DNA of 64,000 nucleotides from an uncultured Candidatus Entotheonella sp. (GCA_965217185.1 OZ244252.1:960001-1024000); one strand, 5' to 3'. Shown: positions 49,346 to 62,863, counted from the first letter of the stretch. Made by a program: numbers and translations. Notes: a model not told the origin generated them from the letters alone.

Positions 49346-52300
49346 TTAATTGCCCCCTTCTTGACCCTCAGCGGCGAGCATGACATCCGCATCGGGCTCA
49401 TCAGCAGCCGGGAAAATCTGTGTTTCATCGACGTAATCGCCCACCCCATTCACATCCGGTTCGACTAGATTGTCGTGGTGTTGAGCGATACCTGTGCCAG
49501 CCGGAATGACGCGCCCCATGATGACGTTCTCTTTCAGACCGCGGAGCCGGTCAACCATGCCACTCACCGCAGCCTGTGTCAGCACGCGTGTCGTTTCTTG
49601 GAAAGAAGCTGCCGAAATGAAACTCTCCGTACTTAACGAGGATTTGGTGATTCCCAAGAGGATGGGCTTGCCAAGGGCCGGTTCACCCCCCTCGGCTACA
49701 ATGGTCTGATTGCGGCGAGAGAAAATCGTCTTGGCCACTTGCTCACCAACCAAGAATTCAGTGTCTCCAGGTTCCTCAACCTCCACACGTTTTAGCATTT
49801 GCTTGACAATTACCTCAATGTGCTTGTCATTGATCTGTACCCCTTGAAGGCGATATACCTCCTGGATTTCGTTCACGAGATATTTCTGCAATTCCTGCTC
49901 GCCCCGGATGTCAAGAATATCATGGGGATTGACTGCCCCATCCATCAATGGTTCACTGGCGCGCACCCGATCGCCTTCATGCACATTGACGTATTTACCT
50001 CGTGGCACCAGATATTCCCGTTCTTCACCGCTATCCGCCGCGACAATAACCTTGCGGGCACCTCGCTGAAATCCTCCGAATCTCACAACACCATCAAGCT
50101 CGGAAATGATCGCTTGTTCCTTCGGTTTCCGGGCTTCAAAGAGCTCAGCAACACGCGGCAATCCACCGGTGATATCTTTTGTCTTTGCCGTTTCGCGCGG
50201 GATCTTTACCAAAACGTCGCCAGCGGAAATCATTTCTCCCTCCGTCACGGAAATGTGCGCACCAGCAGGGAGTTGATAGCGTCCTAATGTTGCATTCTGT
50301 TCATCCTTGATGGATACGCGTGGTTGACGCTTTTCATCGTGATGATCGAGAATTACTTTCTGCGACAATCCGGTCTGTTCGTCTAGTTCTTCCTGAACTG
50401 TGACACCTTCCACAAGATCGCCGTAGGCGACGCGACCGGAAACCTCTGAAAGAATCGAACGAGTGTAAGGATCCCACTCGACTAGGTTTTCGCCGCGCTC
50501 GATCTTCTGGCCGTCCCTCACCCTTAGACGTGCTCCGTACTCAATTGGATAGCGCTCCTTCTCGCGCTCCTCTTCATCTTGGATAACCAGGACGCCGTTA
50601 CGGTTCATAACCACCATCGCACCTTCGCGATTGTTTACCGTGCGAAGATTCTGGTAGCGCACCACCCCATTGTTCTTGGCTTGTAAGGTGCTCTGGTCTA
50701 CCTGTAAGCTCGCAGCCCCTCCGATGTGGAACGTTCGCATGGTGAGCTGCGTGCCTGGCTCGCCAATCGACTGGGCAGCAATCACGCCCACGGCCTCGCC
50801 GATTTCGGCTAAAGAACCAGAAGCCAAATTGCGCCCATAACACATTGCACAGATGCCACTTTTCAGCTCGCAGGTAAGTACAGACCGCATGACAACATGC
50901 TCAAGCCCGGCGTTTTCAAGGCGTTCTGCAGCTGCCTCATCGACAAGCGTATTGCGGACAACCAACACCTCGCCACTATAGGGATCCAGCACATCTTCGG
51001 CGGTGACACGGCCGAGAATTCGCTCTCCGAGCGATTCGATGATCTCACCACTTTGAACAAGAGCCGTGACTATAGCGCCGCCGAGAGTTTCGCAGTCTTG
51101 GGTCAGGACAATCACATCCTGGGCCACATCTACCAATCGACGGGTCAAATAGCCGGAATTGGCTGTCTTGAGGGCCGTATCTGCAAGTCCTTTCCTCGCC
51201 CCGTGTGTAGAAATGAAATACTGGAGCACACTAAGCCCTTCGCGGAAATTCGCCGTAATCGGCGTTTCCATGATTTCCCCGCTTGGCTTAGCCATCAGGC
51301 CTCGCATGCCCGCCAGTTGTCGAATCTGCTGCAGACCACCGCGTGCTCCCGAGCTCGCCATTGCATAGATCGGATTGAAGTCGTGCCGAGCTTCGTTGGA
51401 GTCACGATTATGCATGACCTCAAGGTCTTCCCGCTCCAACTCCTTGAACATTTCGTTGGATACTTGCTCAGTGACCTTTGCCCAAATGTCGACGATTTTG
51501 TTGTAGCGCTCGCCGTTCGTGATGAGGCCATCTCGATACTGACTCTCGACATCTACAACTTGAGTTTGGGCTTCTTCGATCAAAGATTCCTTCATCATCG
51601 GGATGTGCATATCATCTATTCCGATGGAGAGCCCAGACTGAGTTGCGTATTGGAATCCAAGTGTCTTGAGGTCCTCCAAGAGTTGTACGGTCCGCTCCTT
51701 CCCAACACGCTGATAGCATTCCGCCACTAGGTCCGTCAGGGAAGCCTTGTCCATGTGCCGATTCACCCGCTCGAATTCCAATTCCGGCGGCAAAACCTCA
51801 CGGAAGAGAATACGACCGACCGTGGTGGGCACAACATCCTTGCCCATCCGCACACGGATACGAGCCTGTAATCCAATCTCCTCGGCATCATATGCAATGC
51901 GAACTTCCTCGGGGTTCGTAAACAGTTTACCCTCTCCGAGACTTCCACCCCGCTCCTTGGTCATATAGTAGCAACCCATAATGATATCTTGGCTAGGCAC
52001 TGCCAAAGGCTTACCGTGGGCAGCCGACAGGATATTATTCACCGATAACATGAGGGCCTTGGCTTCAACTTGAGCTTCGACAGAGAGGGGCACGTGAACT
52101 GCCATTTGATCACCGTCGAAATCGGCGTTGAATGCCGAACATACCAGCGGGTGGATACGGATCGCCTTACCCTCTACCAACACGGGTTCAAAGGCCTGAA
52201 TGCCAAGACGATGAAGGGTGGGCGCCCGGTTCAGCAAGACCGTGTATTCGTGAATGATCTCGTCAAGGGCATCCCAAACTTCCGGTAGACCCTTTTCCAC

Positions 52301-53560
52301 CATTCTCTTGGCGCTCTTGATGGTGTTAACATGCCCACGTTCTTCGAGCTTGTGATAGATGAAGGGCTTGAAGAGTTCCAAAGCCATTGTTTTTGGCAGC
52401 CCGCACTGGTGCAACTTGAGTTCCGGCCCTACGACAATAACGGAACGTCCAGAGTAGTCGACTCGTTTTCCCAGCAGGTTCTGCCGAAAACGTCCTTGCT
52501 TACCTTTAAGCATGTCACTCAAGGATTTCAGCGGACGCTTGTTCGGCCCCCGCAAGGCACGGCCACGTCGACCATTGTCGAATAGCGCGTCCACGGCTTC
52601 TTGTAACATGCGTTTCTCATTACGAATAATGATTTCCGGAGCACGCAACTCCTGTAAACGGATCAGCCGATTATTTCGGTTGATGACCCTACGGTACAAG
52701 TCGTTCAAGTCCGAGGTGGCAAAACGCCCCCCGTCCAATGGTACCAATGGGCGTAACTCTGGCGGAATCACGGGTATTACTTCAAGAATCATCCATTCGG
52801 GTCGGTTGTCCGATTTACGGAAGGCTTCGACGACCTTTAGCCGTTTGATAATTTTTTTTCGTTTTTGCAGCGACGCCGACTCATGCATTTCTGACCGCAG
52901 GGATTCAGCCAACTCGTCAAGGTCCAAACGACGCAGCAACTCGCGGATCGCTTCGGCCCCCATGCCAGTCACAACATCGGCGCTAGGTTCGAGACGACGA
53001 GATTCATCATACGGCTTTACGCCATACGTTACGACCTTGCTGCCGTGCTCCTTGACCAGTTCGCGATGACGTTCCTCCATCAGGAGTTCTTGCTTTTTCA
53101 ACCCTGTCACACCAGGGTCTATGACCACATAATTTTCGAAATAGAGAATGCGCTCCAACTCTCGCAAAGACATGTCCAGCAGGATTCCAATACGACTAGG
53201 AATGCCTTTGAAAAACCAAACATGAGACACCGGGCATGCCAGTTCAATGTGTCCAAGCCGCTCGCGCCGCACTTTAGATTGGATAACCTCGACGCCGCAT
53301 TTCTCACAAACGACACCGCGGTGCTTCATGCGCTTGTATTTGCCGCAGTTGCACTCCCAATCTTTTGCTGGGCCGAAAATCTTGGCGCAAAACAGCCCGT
53401 CACGTTCAGGCTTGAAGGTGCGATAGTTGATGGTTTCCGGCTTCTTGACCTCGCCGTGTGACCATGAGCGGATTTTTTGCGGCGACGCGAGACGTATACG
53501 AATCGCACTGAAAGAAGTGGGGTCTTTGGGTTTCTCATACAGATTAAATATGCTATCCAA
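49346..53560 (-). CDS. rpoC: RNA polymerase beta' subunit
   Basis: Zn ribbon WECNCG..CEKCG, NADFDGD active site, [16 protein letters not shown]. Confidence 0.98.
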   Translation of the reverse strand: MDSIFNLYEKPKDPTSFSAIRIRLASPQKIRSWSHGEVKKPETINYRTFKPERDGLFCAKIFGPAKDWECNCGKYKRMKHRGVVCEKCGVEVIQSKVRRERLGHIELACPVSHVWFFKGIPSRIGILLDMSLRELERILYFENYVVIDPGVTGLKKQELLMEERHRELVKEHGSKVVTYGVKPYDESRRLEPSADVVTGMGAEAIRELLRRLDLDELAESLRSEMHESASLQKRKKIIKRLKVVEAFRKSDNRPEWMILEVIPVIPPELRPLVPLDGGRFATSDLNDLYRRVINRNNRLIRLQELRAPEIIIRNEKRMLQEAVDALFDNGRRGRALRGPNKRPLKSLSDMLKGKQGRFRQNLLGKRVDYSGRSVIVVGPELKLHQCGLPKTMALELFKPFIYHKLEERGHVNTIKSAKRMVEKGLPEVWDALDEIIHEYTVLLNRAPTLHRLGIQAFEPVLVEGKAIRIHPLVCSAFNADFDGDQMAVHVPLSVEAQVEAKALMLSVNNILSAAHGKPLAVPSQDIIMGCYYMTKERGGSLGEGKLFTNPEEVRIAYDAEEIGLQARIRVRMGKDVVPTTVGRILFREVLPPELEFERVNRHMDKASLTDLVAECYQRVGKERTVQLLEDLKTLGFQYATQSGLSIGIDDMHIPMMKESLIEEAQTQVVDVESQYRDGLITNGERYNKIVDIWAKVTEQVSNEMFKELEREDLEVMHNRDSNEARHDFNPIYAMASSGARGGLQQIRQLAGMRGLMAKPSGEIMETPITANFREGLSVLQYFISTHGARKGLADTALKTANSGYLTRRLVDVAQDVIVLTQDCETLGGAIVTALVQSGEIIESLGERILGRVTAEDVLDPYSGEVLVVRNTLVDEAAAERLENAGLEHVVMRSVLTCELKSGICAMCYGRNLASGSLAEIGEAVGVIAAQSIGEPGTQLTMRTFHIGGAASLQVDQSTLQAKNNGVVRYQNLRTVNNREGAMVVMNRNGVLVIQDEEEREKERYPIEYGARLRVRDGQKIERGENLVEWDPYTRSILSEVSGRVAYGDLVEGVTVQEELDEQTGLSQKVILDHHDEKRQPRVSIKDEQNATLGRYQLPAGAHISVTEGEMISAGDVLVKIPRETAKTKDITGGLPRVAELFEARKPKEQAIISELDGVVRFGGFQRGARKVIVAADSGEEREYLVPRGKYVNVHEGDRVRASEPLMDGAVNPHDILDIRGEQELQKYLVNEIQEVYRLQGVQINDKHIEVIVKQMLKRVEVEEPGDTEFLVGEQVAKTIFSRRNQTIVAEGGEPALGKPILLGITKSSLSTESFISAASFQETTRVLTQAAVSGMVDRLRGLKENVIMGRVIPAGTGIAQHHDNLVEPDVNGVGDYVDETQIFPAADEPDADVMLAAEGQEGGN

Positions 53561-53587
53561 AGGCGACCTCCTTCAGCAGGTGTCAGG

Positions 53588-53624
53588 ATTTGCATCAATG
53601 CAACAATTTGCATCAATGCAACAA
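53588..53624. repeat. Tandem 18-bp direct repeat with internal palindrome in rpoB-rpoC spacer
   Basis: ATTTGCATCAATGCAACA x2; each unit contains TTGCAT-CA-ATGCAA. Confidence 0.85.
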
Positions 53625-53680
53625 CTGGACGGCGTAGCGTCTAGACAAACTGGAACAGACTGGCACGTAATGGTGAAGAA

Positions 53681-56600
53681 TTACTCAGACATTTCTTCCA
53701 ACTGGTCATCCTGCGGCACATCGTTCGCCTCCAGTAACTCGACATCAAGGGCCAAACTCTGCAATTCCTTCACAAGAACATTAAAGGATTCCGGCAAACT
53801 TGCTTCCAGGGTATTTTCACCCTTGACAATGGCCTCATACATCCGGGTACGTCCAGCAACATCATCCGACTTAACAGTAAGCATCTCCTGCAACGTACGG
53901 GCAGCGCCATAAGCTTCAAGCGCCCATACTTCCATCTCCCCCAAACGCTGCCCACCGAACTGCGCCTTGCCTCCCAGTGGCTGCTGCGTTACCAGAGAGT
54001 AAGGTCCGGTTGAACGGGCATGAATTTTATCGTCAACGAGATGATGGAGCTTCATCATATAAATCTGACCAACGACAACTTTCTGGTCGAATGGGACGCC
54101 AGACTTCCCGTCAAACAATTCTACACGGCCGTTATCCGGCAGATCAGCCCGTACCAGTGCGTCTTTGATGTCTCTTTCCGTTGCCCCATCGAATACCGGT
54201 GTTGCCACCGCTAGATCCAATTTTTGTACGGCCCAACCCAAATGGGTCTCAAGAATTTGTCCAACATTCATGCGCGACGGTACGCCAAGGGGATTCAGAA
54301 TGAGATCAATTGGGGTGCCGTCGGCCATATAAGGCATGTCTTCTTCGGGCACAATGATTGATACTACGCCCTTATTTCCATGCCGACCAGCCATCTTGTC
54401 CCCAACGCTTAACTTGCGTTTCATGGCGACATAGACCTTAACCATCTTAATGACGCCCGGCGGCAATTCATCACCCCGACGGAGCTTGACGGCTTTTTCT
54501 TCTGACGCCCTCTTCAGATCATCAAGTTGCCGCTCCGCCGCTTCAGTTATCTCCAGCATACGTTCATGGACAAGGTCGGACTCCTTGACTCGGACGTCCA
54601 GAAGCGCTTTGCCGGACAATTTGGCCAATGCCTTCTCCGTGAGTTTCGTATCCTTGGAGGCCTGCCGATTTGCCTTGCCATTAGACACATCAGCGATAAT
54701 GGCTGTTTTGCCTACAAGGAGACGGCGAATCTTCTTGTCCCGCTCTCCCTCGACGATTTTGATTTCATCATAGATGTCCTTTTCGATACGGGCCACGTCT
54801 TCATCTTCAATAGATTGCATACGTTCGTCTTTGTCGGCCCCACGGCGCGAAAACACTCGCACCCCAACTATCGTACCCTCCACGCCTGGGGGCACGGTCA
54901 GCGACGTGTCCCGCACATCTCCAGCCTTCTCGCCAAAGATGGCCTTAAGAAGCTTTTCCTCGGGACTTAATTGCGTCTCACCCTTCGGAGTAATCTTCCC
55001 AACCAATATATCTCCGGGCGTAACGGTTGCGCCAATCCGAACAATGCCGCTCTCATCGAGATTCGCTAGCGCATCCTCGCCTACGTTTGGGATGTCCCGG
55101 GTGATCTCCTCCTTGCCCTGCTTGGTGTCACACGCTTCAGCCTCAAATTCTTCAATGTGTATCGAAGTAAAAACATCTTCTTTCACAATGCGTTCGCTGA
55201 TGACTATCGCATCTTCGAAGTTGTACCCGCCCCAAGGCATGAAGGCTACGAGCACGTTGCGGCCGAGCGCTAATTCACCGAATTCAGTTGACGGGCCATC
55301 GGCCAGCACTCCGCCCTTGTTGACGTGTTGCCCTAAACGCACAATGGGGCGTTGGTTGATACAGGTACTTTGATTAGACCGTTGGTATTTCACCAGAGAG
55401 TAGATGTCGACTCGGGTATTTCCTCCTTCATCATCTTCATCCACCCGTACGACGATACGCGTCGCATCAACGTTAACCACCTCGCCCGTCGCCTTCGCCA
55501 AAACGACAGCACCTGAATCACGGGCGGCAATTGTTTCCATTCCCGTCCCAACAATTGGCGACTCGGTTTGCAAGAGGGGTACGGCCTGACGTTGCATATT
55601 AGAACCCATCAAAGCCCGGTTCGCGTCGTCGTTTTCTAGGAACGGGATCAAAGAAGCCGCGACGCTGACAAGCTGTTTCGGCGACACGTCCATAAAATTG
55701 ATTTCACTCGGTGGGGTTAGAACGAAGTCGCCCCCACTGCGTGCCGATATCACATCTTGAACAAATTCACCCTTTTCCGTTACTTCTGCATTTGCCTGAG
55801 CGATAACGTACTGGTCCTCTTCAATGGCCGATAAGAATTTAATTTCATCCGTCACACGGCCCTGTTCCACCTTGCGGTACGGGGTCTCGATGAAACCGAA
55901 ACGATTCACCCGTGCATACGTGCTGAGTGAGGCGATCAGTCCGATATTGGGCCCCTCGGGAGTTTCAATGGGACAAATGCGTCCGTAATGTGTTGGGTGG
56001 ACATCTCGAACTTCAAAACCTGCCCGGTCTCTCGTCAGGCCACCCGGCCCCAAAGCTGACAAGCGACGCTTGTGGGTAATTTCTGACAACGGATTGGTCT
56101 GATCCATGAACTGAGACAACTGACTGCTACCAAAAAATTCCTTCACGGCCGCTGTCACGGGTTTTGAGTTGATCAGGTCATGCGGCATTGCTGTCTCAAG
56201 ATCCTGAATACTCATCCGTTCACGAACGGCGCGTTCCATGCGCACTAGGCCTATCCGCAACTGGTTTTCAAGCAATTCACCAACAGAACGCACGCGACGA
56301 TTACCCAAATGATCGATGTCGTCAACCGTCCCGCCACCTTGGCGCAATGCCAAGAGGTATCGAACGACCTCAATCACATCTTGCTGCGTCAACATGCGCG
56401 TCTCAAGCGACAAATCAAGGCCTAACTTCGTATTTAGCTTCAACCGTCCTATTCTAGAGAGGTCGTAACGTTTGGCATTAAAGAAGAGATTGTCAAAAAA
56501 TAGGCGCGCGGTGTCCTTCGTTGGGATGTCGCCAGGTCGCAAGCGTTTATAAATTTCCAACAGCGCCTCCTCTTTCGTCTCAAGGCGGTCCGCCATAAGC

Positions 56601-57775
56601 GTGAGACGGAGCGAGACATCAGCGGACAACGGATCCAGAAAAAGTAGACGGAAATCAGTAACGCCCTTAGTTTTCAATTGCGCCAAATCGTCCGAGGTCA
56701 ACTCGTGATTCAATTCGTACAAGACTTCGCCCGTGGCCGGGTCAATGATGTCTTCTGCCACGACCCGATTTACGAGCCATTCCTCAACGGTCGGAATCTC
56801 TCCCACCTCACTATTTTGCAATCGACGCAAGGCGCTACGTGAAATGCGCCGCCCGGCACGAATGATTACTTCACCGGAATTCGGGGCCAATACGTCCTCT
56901 GGACTCTGCTGCTGCAGTGTCAGCTCCGACACTCCTTTGTAGAACATATCGCGTCCGGGATCGTACCGTACGGATTCATGCTGGTAGAAAGTTTGGAGAA
57001 TTTCTCTTGAAGACAGACCTAGGGCCCGCAGAAGAATAGTGACAGGAAGTTTCCGACGTCGGTCGATACGAACGTACAAGTGATCTTTGAGATCAAACTC
57101 AAAGTCAAGCCACGAACCTCGGTAGGGAATGACCCGTGCCACGAATAGCGGTTTACCGCTGCCAGAACTTCGGCCCTTTTCCTGCGCAAAAAACACACCG
57201 GGTGAACGATGCAATTGGCTCACAATGACACGCTCTGTGCCATTGATGACGAAAGTGCCATGTTCCGTCATCAGCGGCACTTCGCCGAGATATACTTTCT
57301 GCTCCTTCACATCCCGAATGACCGCGGGTTCGCTGCTGTTGCCTTTTTCACGCACCACCAAGCGCACCAAAACACGTAAGGGGTCAGCATAGGTTATGCC
57401 CTTCTGCCGACATTCCCCTAAATCGTATTTGGAATGATAGGAGAGAGGCTGATGGGTGCTCTGACTCACCACGCCACTGCCACCAAGCCCTTTGTATTCG
57501 CCTTCCTTAGACTCCCACATCCCAATTTCATAACCCACGTATTCCAGCGTAGAGGTGCCGTTGAAGTCCTCAATGGGAAATACGCTCCTGAAGACCGCTT
57601 CCAAACCACGGTCTTCTCGGTCCATGGGAGGGCGCTCCTGCTGCAGAAAGCGCGAGTAGGACTTCTGCTGCACCTCTATGAGATTGGGAAGATCGATAAT
57701 CGTGGGAATACGTGCGAAATCCTGCCGCTCCCGACGGCTATTTCCATTAGCCTTCGATTTATCTCGTACAGTCAC
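53681..57775 (-). CDS. rpoB: RNA polymerase beta subunit
   Basis: [50 protein letters not shown]. Confidence 0.98.
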   Translation of the reverse strand: MTVRDKSKANGNSRRERQDFARIPTIIDLPNLIEVQQKSYSRFLQQERPPMDREDRGLEAVFRSVFPIEDFNGTSTLEYVGYEIGMWESKEGEYKGLGGSGVVSQSTHQPLSYHSKYDLGECRQKGITYADPLRVLVRLVVREKGNSSEPAVIRDVKEQKVYLGEVPLMTEHGTFVINGTERVIVSQLHRSPGVFFAQEKGRSSGSGKPLFVARVIPYRGSWLDFEFDLKDHLYVRIDRRRKLPVTILLRALGLSSREILQTFYQHESVRYDPGRDMFYKGVSELTLQQQSPEDVLAPNSGEVIIRAGRRISRSALRRLQNSEVGEIPTVEEWLVNRVVAEDIIDPATGEVLYELNHELTSDDLAQLKTKGVTDFRLLFLDPLSADVSLRLTLMADRLETKEEALLEIYKRLRPGDIPTKDTARLFFDNLFFNAKRYDLSRIGRLKLNTKLGLDLSLETRMLTQQDVIEVVRYLLALRQGGGTVDDIDHLGNRRVRSVGELLENQLRIGLVRMERAVRERMSIQDLETAMPHDLINSKPVTAAVKEFFGSSQLSQFMDQTNPLSEITHKRRLSALGPGGLTRDRAGFEVRDVHPTHYGRICPIETPEGPNIGLIASLSTYARVNRFGFIETPYRKVEQGRVTDEIKFLSAIEEDQYVIAQANAEVTEKGEFVQDVISARSGGDFVLTPPSEINFMDVSPKQLVSVAASLIPFLENDDANRALMGSNMQRQAVPLLQTESPIVGTGMETIAARDSGAVVLAKATGEVVNVDATRIVVRVDEDDEGGNTRVDIYSLVKYQRSNQSTCINQRPIVRLGQHVNKGGVLADGPSTEFGELALGRNVLVAFMPWGGYNFEDAIVISERIVKEDVFTSIHIEEFEAEACDTKQGKEEITRDIPNVGEDALANLDESGIVRIGATVTPGDILVGKITPKGETQLSPEEKLLKAIFGEKAGDVRDTSLTVPPGVEGTIVGVRVFSRRGADKDERMQSIEDEDVARIEKDIYDEIKIVEGERDKKIRRLLVGKTAIIADVSNGKANRQASKDTKLTEKALAKLSGKALLDVRVKESDLVHERMLEITEAAERQLDDLKRASEEKAVKLRRGDELPPGVIKMVKVYVAMKRKLSVGDKMAGRHGNKGVVSIIVPEEDMPYMADGTPIDLILNPLGVPSRMNVGQILETHLGWAVQKLDLAVATPVFDGATERDIKDALVRADLPDNGRVELFDGKSGVPFDQKVVVGQIYMMKLHHLVDDKIHARSTGPYSLVTQQPLGGKAQFGGQRLGEMEVWALEAYGAARTLQEMLTVKSDDVAGRTRMYEAIVKGENTLEASLPESFNVLVKELQSLALDVELLEANDVPQDDQLEEMSE

Positions 57776-57847
57776 AGTCTCCCCTCACAGGTGAAAATGA
57801 ACAAATCCGTAGAACCTCTCAATCTTAAGCCTTCAGCCTGCGAAATC

Positions 57848-58228
57848 TCACTTCACCTCGACTTGCGCACCCACTTCTTCCAACTGTGACTTGACGGTTT
57901 CGGCTTCTTCTTTCGTAATCCCTTCCTTAACGGGCTTGGGGGCTTCATCCACCAAAGCCTTCGCTTCCTTCAAACCGAGACTGGTGATTGACCGAACCAC
58001 CTTGATGACTTGGATTTTCTTGTCCCCAGCACCGATAAGGACGACGTCAAATTCGGTCTTCTCGGCCGGGGCCTCTTCGACCGCCCCACCACCCGCAGCG
58101 GGCATGGCAACCATTGGGGCCGCCGCTGACACCCCAAATTTCTCTTCCAACTCCTTCACTAATTCCGATAACTCAAGAACGGTCATGTTGTCTATGTAAT
58201 CAAGCACTTCTTCTTTCGTGGCAGCCAT
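57848..58228 (-). CDS. rplL: 50S ribosomal protein L7/L12
   Basis: [36 protein letters not shown]. Confidence 0.97.
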   Translation of the reverse strand: MAATKEEVLDYIDNMTVLELSELVKELEEKFGVSAAAPMVAMPAAGGGAVEEAPAEKTEFDVVLIGAGDKKIQVIKVVRSITSLGLKEAKALVDEAPKPVKEGITKEEAETVKSQLEEVGAQVEVK

Positions 58229-58272
58229 CTTTTCCTCCGTGATACATTCCAAAGTCACTATATAAAGCCGCC

Positions 58273-58812
58273 TCAATCGCCCGTCTGCCCTTTCGCGTCC
58301 TTAATCGCAACGAGGGCATAAAGCAACTGTCGCAGCACCCCGTGCAGCACCCTAGCCAAACCGGATAGGGGATTCTGCATGGCACCAAGCATTTGAGCCA
58401 AAAGTACTTCTCGCGGCGGCAACTCCGCCACCTGAGTGAGCTGTTGCGCTGTCAGCACTCGCCCTTCGATGATCCCAACCCGAATGTCCAGTTTAGGCTC
58501 TTTCTTGGTGTATTCGGTTAGGACCTTGGCCATGCCTATGGCATCGTCAATCGTTAAAGCGACAGCGGTCGGGCCTTTGACATATTCAGCCAGCAGCTTA
58601 AGATGCGTGGATTCAACCGCGCGCCGTGCCAGAGTATTCTTCACAACGTGCAGTTGGACATCGGCCTTTCGCAACATACCGCGGAGTTCTGACATCTCTT
58701 GGACATTCAATCCGCAGTAGTCGGATAAGACTGCTGCTTTGGCGTCGGCAAGTTTAGCCTGCAAGAACTTTACTTTCTCGATCTTCGTTTCACTTATCGT
58801 TTTCTCAGCCAC
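58273..58812 (-). CDS. rplJ: 50S ribosomal protein L10
   Basis: [33 protein letters not shown]. Confidence 0.95.
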   Translation of the reverse strand: MAEKTISETKIEKVKFLQAKLADAKAAVLSDYCGLNVQEMSELRGMLRKADVQLHVVKNTLARRAVESTHLKLLAEYVKGPTAVALTIDDAIGMAKVLTEYTKKEPKLDIRVGIIEGRVLTAQQLTQVAELPPREVLLAQMLGAMQNPLSGLARVLHGVLRQLLYALVAIKDAKGQTGD

Positions 58813-58862
58813 GCCCAACCCTCTCCAGGTCACTTTGCCAGTTCGCCTTTACCGCCTGCAAC

Positions 58863-59567
58863 CTACCGTAAAGCATTGGTCATAGCGACCTCATCCACCT
58901 TGACGCCCGGGCCCATCGTCGATGACAAAGAAATGGTACGCATGTATTTGCCCTTGCTGGTGTTCGGCTTCATCCGCACCAGGGTGTCCAGAAGTGTGCG
59001 AGCGTTTTCCTCCAAGGATTCAAGAGCAAAACTGACCTTCCCAATGCCCACGTGGATAATACCGGTACGATCAACACGGAATTCCACTTTGCCGGATTTG
59101 ATCTCTCGAACCACGCGACCGATGTCGAGGTCAACCGTACCTGTCCTTGGGTTAGGCATCAGTCCGCGCGGGCCCAGAATTTTGCCTAATTTGCCAACAA
59201 CGGCCATCATGTCAGGGGTTGCTGCCGTGCGATCAAAATCCAGCCAACCATCGGCTATTTTCTGGGCAAGGTCTTCCCCGCCAACGAAGTCGCCGCCTGC
59301 CTCTACCGCCTCTCGCTCCTTGTCGCCTTTGGCAAACACCACAACGCGTGGAACCTTGCCAACGCCATGAGGCAATACAACGCCGCCCCGCACCATCTGA
59401 TCCGCATGGCGAGGGTTCACACCAAGTCGCACCGCCATCTCGACGGTTTCATCAAATTTGGCGAAAGCCATGTTCTGCACCAAACCCAACGCTTCCCGCA
59501 ACTCATATTTTTGCGTTTTGTCAAGCTTCTTCCGTGCATTATCGAGATTCTTGCCCCGCTGCGCCAT
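58863..59567 (-). CDS. rplA: 50S ribosomal protein L1
   Basis: [34 protein letters not shown]. Confidence 0.97.
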   Translation of the reverse strand: MAQRGKNLDNARKKLDKTQKYELREALGLVQNMAFAKFDETVEMAVRLGVNPRHADQMVRGGVVLPHGVGKVPRVVVFAKGDKEREAVEAGGDFVGGEDLAQKIADGWLDFDRTAATPDMMAVVGKLGKILGPRGLMPNPRTGTVDLDIGRVVREIKSGKVEFRVDRTGIIHVGIGKVSFALESLEENARTLLDTLVRMKPNTSKGKYMRTISLSSTMGPGVKVDEVAMTNALR

Positions 59568-59590
59568 GCGACGTGTCTCCTCATCAAATG

Positions 59591-60016
59591 TCAATCGACG
59601 ACCTCAACGCCCATGCTGCGCGCTGTCCCAGCGATAATCCTTATTGCAGCCTCAACAGTATTCGCATTAAGGTCAGCTTGCTTGGTTTCAGCGATCTGCT
59701 GCAACTGCATCATGGTCACCCGTCCAACCTTTTCCCGATTTGGTGTTGACGCTCCCTTGGCAAGCCCGGCGGCCTGCTTTATCAATTCAGCGGCGGGAGA
59801 AGACTTTGTAATGAACGAAAACGAGCGGTCGGCATACACGGTCACAACCACCGGAGTAATTATCCCGGCTTGGGTCTGAGTTTGGGCATTGAAAGCCTTG
59901 CAAAACTCCATGATGTTCACACCATGCTGACCCAATGCGGGGCCCACTGGGGGAGAAGGATTGGCTTGGCCAGCGGGTACCTGCAATTTTATTTTTGTCA
60001 CAACCTGTTTCGCCAT
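59591..60016 (-). CDS. rplK: 50S ribosomal protein L11
   Basis: [33 protein letters not shown]. Confidence 0.97.
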   Translation of the reverse strand: MAKQVVTKIKLQVPAGQANPSPPVGPALGQHGVNIMEFCKAFNAQTQTQAGIITPVVVTVYADRSFSFITKSSPAAELIKQAAGLAKGASTPNREKVGRVTMMQLQQIAETKQADLNANTVEAAIRIIAGTARSMGVEVVD

Positions 60017-60084
60017 CTACTGTATCCTTAGCCGTGGCAACATTCATGCGCCACCAAGCATTTGGTATGAAATATGCGGTTATC

Positions 60085-60615
60085 TCAGATCGATTCCACC
60101 TGCAAGAATTCCAACTCAACCGGCGTAGAACGTCCGAATATGCTGACCATCACTTTGAGCTTTCCACGCTCAGGATGTACCTCTCCGACCACGCCGGTAA
60201 AGTTTGTGAATGGCCCATCGGTCACGCGCACATTCTCACCCGGCCCAAAAATTACTTTGGGTTTTGGTTCTGAAGTTTGCCCGCTGATCTGATTCCAAAT
60301 GTAAGCTACTTCTTCCTCTGACAAAGGCGTTGGGTCTTTCCCGCCCCCCAGAAATCCGGTGACCTTCGGGGTGTCTTTGATTGCGTACCATACTTCGTCA
60401 TCTATCTCGGCTTCAATCAGAACGTATCCTGGAAAGAATTTCCGTGACGATATTTTGCGTTTGCCGCCTTTGATTTCAACAACATCCTCTGCTGGCACCA
60501 GAATCTGTCCAATTCGTTCAAGCAACCCTCTCGAATTCAGACGTTCCTCAAGACTAGCCTTAACTTTATTCTCGTGGCCAGAATATGTGTGAATGACGTA
60601 CCAGTGCTTGCTCAT
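60085..60615 (-). CDS. nusG: Transcription termination/antitermination factor NusG
   Basis: WYVIHTYSGHENKV, FPGYVLI, TPKVTGF, KOW motif, IFGRSTPVEL. Confidence 0.97.
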   Translation of the reverse strand: MSKHWYVIHTYSGHENKVKASLEERLNSRGLLERIGQILVPAEDVVEIKGGKRKISSRKFFPGYVLIEAEIDDEVWYAIKDTPKVTGFLGGGKDPTPLSEEEVAYIWNQISGQTSEPKPKVIFGPGENVRVTDGPFTNFTGVVGEVHPERGKLKVMVSIFGRSTPVELEFLQVESI

Positions 60616-60635
60616 AGCGGCTTGTCCTGCATGGA

Positions 60636-60857
60636 CTATTTGAGAAGATTGCCTAAAGCCATTGAAAGGATGAAATCTACTATGCCGAGGTATATGGCAA
60701 TGATGAAAACAACGGTAACAACAACCGCCGTGGATGCGATTGTCTCTTTTTGATTAGGGAATGTGACTTTTCTCAACTCAGAGCGCACATCCTGAAGGAA
60801 TTGGATACTTTTGCCATAGGCATCTCTAACATACCGCTGAACGTAGGCCTCAAACAC
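60636..60857 (-). CDS. secE: Preprotein translocase subunit SecE
   Basis: ELRKVTFP + single TM; between tRNA-Trp and nusG. Confidence 0.92.
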   Translation of the reverse strand: MFEAYVQRYVRDAYGKSIQFLQDVRSELRKVTFPNQKETIASTAVVVTVVFIIAIYLGIVDFILSMALGNLLK

Positions 60858-60979
60858 AGCAGCAACCTTTAGTGTAACACGAGAGTATCTTGGTTAGCGA
60901 AAATGGTAAGGACGGATGCGTTTTCTTGGGTCACCTGTACGATTTGTCTGCTACAAGGGCTCCACACTCTGTATTCAAA

Positions 60980-61052
60980 CAGGCCAGGAGGGATTCGAAC
61001 CCCCATCACCCGGATTTGGAGTCCGGTGCTCTACCGTTCGAGCTACTGGCCT
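60980..61052 (-). tRNA. tRNA-Trp(CCA)
   Basis: AGGCCAG acceptor, CCGGA-CTCCAAA-TCCGG anticodon arm, GGTTCGAATC. Confidence 0.95.
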
Positions 61053-61067
61053 ACAGTTTCGAGCAGC

Positions 61068-61217
61068 TTACCTCGTTTCCCTATGAAGCTGATGCTGACG
61101 ACAAAAACGGCAGTATTTTTTAAACTCGAATCTCTGAGGAGTACGCCGCTTATTTTTCGTCGTCGTGTAGTTGCGGCGCCTGCATTCGACACACGCCAAA
61201 GTAACTAAATCCCGCAC
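61068..61217 (-). CDS. rpmG: 50S ribosomal protein L33 (not in ORF track)
   Basis: Manual translation [58 protein letters not shown]. Confidence 0.95.
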   Translation of the reverse strand: MRDLVTLACVECRRRNYTTTKNKRRTPQRFEFKKYCRFCRQHQLHRETR

Positions 61218-61299
61218 GGGTACTCCTTACGTCATCTCCAGGTACATCCCTAGCAAGGGGTGAGCAGTCACCAACGCGACCCACCAAAACTAAAGGATG

Positions 61300-62493
61300 T
61301 TACGCCAGTATTTCACTAACGACGCCTGCCCCCACCGTCCGGCCACCCTCACGGATCGCAAAGCGCAACTCTTTCTCCAAAGCAATCGGCGTGATTAACT
61401 CCACCTCCACGCCAACGTTGTCCCCAGGCATCACCATCTCCGTGCCCGAAGGCAACGTCACCACCCCCGTCACATCCGTCGTGCGAAAGTAAAACTGCGG
61501 CCGGTAACCATTGAAAAACGGCGTGTGACGACCTCCCTCGTCTTTCGACAACACGTACACTTCTGCCTGAAAACGTGTGTGCGGCGTAATCGAACCCGGC
61601 TTCGCCAATACCTGACCACGCTCAATCTCATCGCGCTTCACACCGCGCAACAACACCCCTATGTTATCACCTGCCTCGCCGCGGTCCAATATCTTCCGAA
61701 ACATCTCCACGCCCGTCGCGACCGTCTTGTGCGTCTCCTTCATCCCCACGACCTCCACATCGTCGCCTACCGTCACCACGCCGCGCTCAACACGCCCCGT
61801 CGCCACCGTCCCTCGACCCGATATCGTGAACACGTCCTCCACGGGCATCAGAAACGGCCGGTCTATGGCGCGCTGCGGCGTCGGCACGTACTCATCAATC
61901 GCACCGATCAACTCAAAGATGCAAGCGGCCTCCGAAGCACTCGAGCCACCACTCTCCAATGCCTGCAGCGCACTGCCACGGATGATCGGAATGTCGTCGC
62001 CCGGGAATTCGTACTTGCTAAGCAACTCCCGCAACTCCAACTCCACCAGGTCCAGCAATTCCTCATCGTCCACCATGTCCACTTTGTTCATGAACACCAC
62101 GATGTAGGGAACCCCGACCTGACGCGCCAACAAAATATGCTCGCGCGTCTGCGGCATCGGGCCATCGGCGGCACTCACCACCAGGATTGCCCCGTCCATC
62201 TGTGCTGCGCCCGTGATCATGTTCTTCACGTAGTCGGCGTGCCCCGGACAATCGACGTGTGCGTAATGGCGGTTCTCGCTTTCGTATTCCACGTGCGCAG
62301 TAGCAATAGTGATGCCGCGGGCTTTTTCCTCGGGCGCCTTGTCGATCTGGTCAAAGGGCACATAGTCCGCCTTGCCTTCCGCTGCTAGTACCTGCGTCAT
62401 GGCAGACGTAAGCGTCGTCTTGCCGTGGTCTACGTGACCGATCGTCCCGACGTTGACGTGCGGCTTGCTACGCTCGAATTTCGCCTTCGACAT
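61300..62493 (-). CDS. tuf: Elongation factor Tu (tRNA-cluster copy)
   Basis: Protein identical to 44817-46010. Confidence 0.98.
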   Translation of the reverse strand: MSKAKFERSKPHVNVGTIGHVDHGKTTLTSAMTQVLAAEGKADYVPFDQIDKAPEEKARGITIATAHVEYESENRHYAHVDCPGHADYVKNMITGAAQMDGAILVVSAADGPMPQTREHILLARQVGVPYIVVFMNKVDMVDDEELLDLVELELRELLSKYEFPGDDIPIIRGSALQALESGGSSASEAACIFELIGAIDEYVPTPQRAIDRPFLMPVEDVFTISGRGTVATGRVERGVVTVGDDVEVVGMKETHKTVATGVEMFRKILDRGEAGDNIGVLLRGVKRDEIERGQVLAKPGSITPHTRFQAEVYVLSKDEGGRHTPFFNGYRPQFYFRTTDVTGVVTLPSGTEMVMPGDNVGVEVELITPIALEKELRFAIREGGRTVGAGVVSEILA

Positions 62494-62574
62494 TAACTTA
62501 CCCCCCTCTGTGTCGAATGTGCTGTGTTCTAGAGGCTACGTTGTCTAAAATAATCTATGCCGGATGTGGAAAGG

Positions 62575-62647
<73 letters not shown>

Positions 62648-62677
62648 GTTCACCGAGACGACATAACACAATAAAAG

Positions 62678-62751
62678 AGCGGGAAACGGGACTCGAACCC
62701 GCGACCCTCAGCTTGGAAGGCTGATGCTCTAGCCAACTGAGCTATTCCCGC
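62678..62751 (-). tRNA. tRNA-Gly(TCC)
   Basis: GCGGGAA acceptor, TCAGC-CTTCCAA-GCTGA. Confidence 0.95.
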
Positions 62752-62780
62752 AACGTGTCGCCGACACCCACATCATGCAA

Positions 62781-62863
62781 TGGGGAGGGGAGGATTCGAA
62801 CCTCCGAAGACATCAGCCAACAGATTTACAGTCTGTCCCCTTTGACCGCTCGGGAACCTCCCC
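62781..62863 (-). tRNA. tRNA-Tyr(GTA)
   Basis: ACAGA-CTGTAAA-TCTGT, long variable arm. Confidence 0.95.

Noticed and set aside
53588..53624. CRISPR array
   Set aside because: Only two adjacent 18-bp units with no spacers and no cas genes.
56040..56140. Resistance substitutions in the RpoB rifampicin region (and in RpsL)
   Set aside because: Sequences match the usual sensitive consensus ([30 protein letters not shown]).
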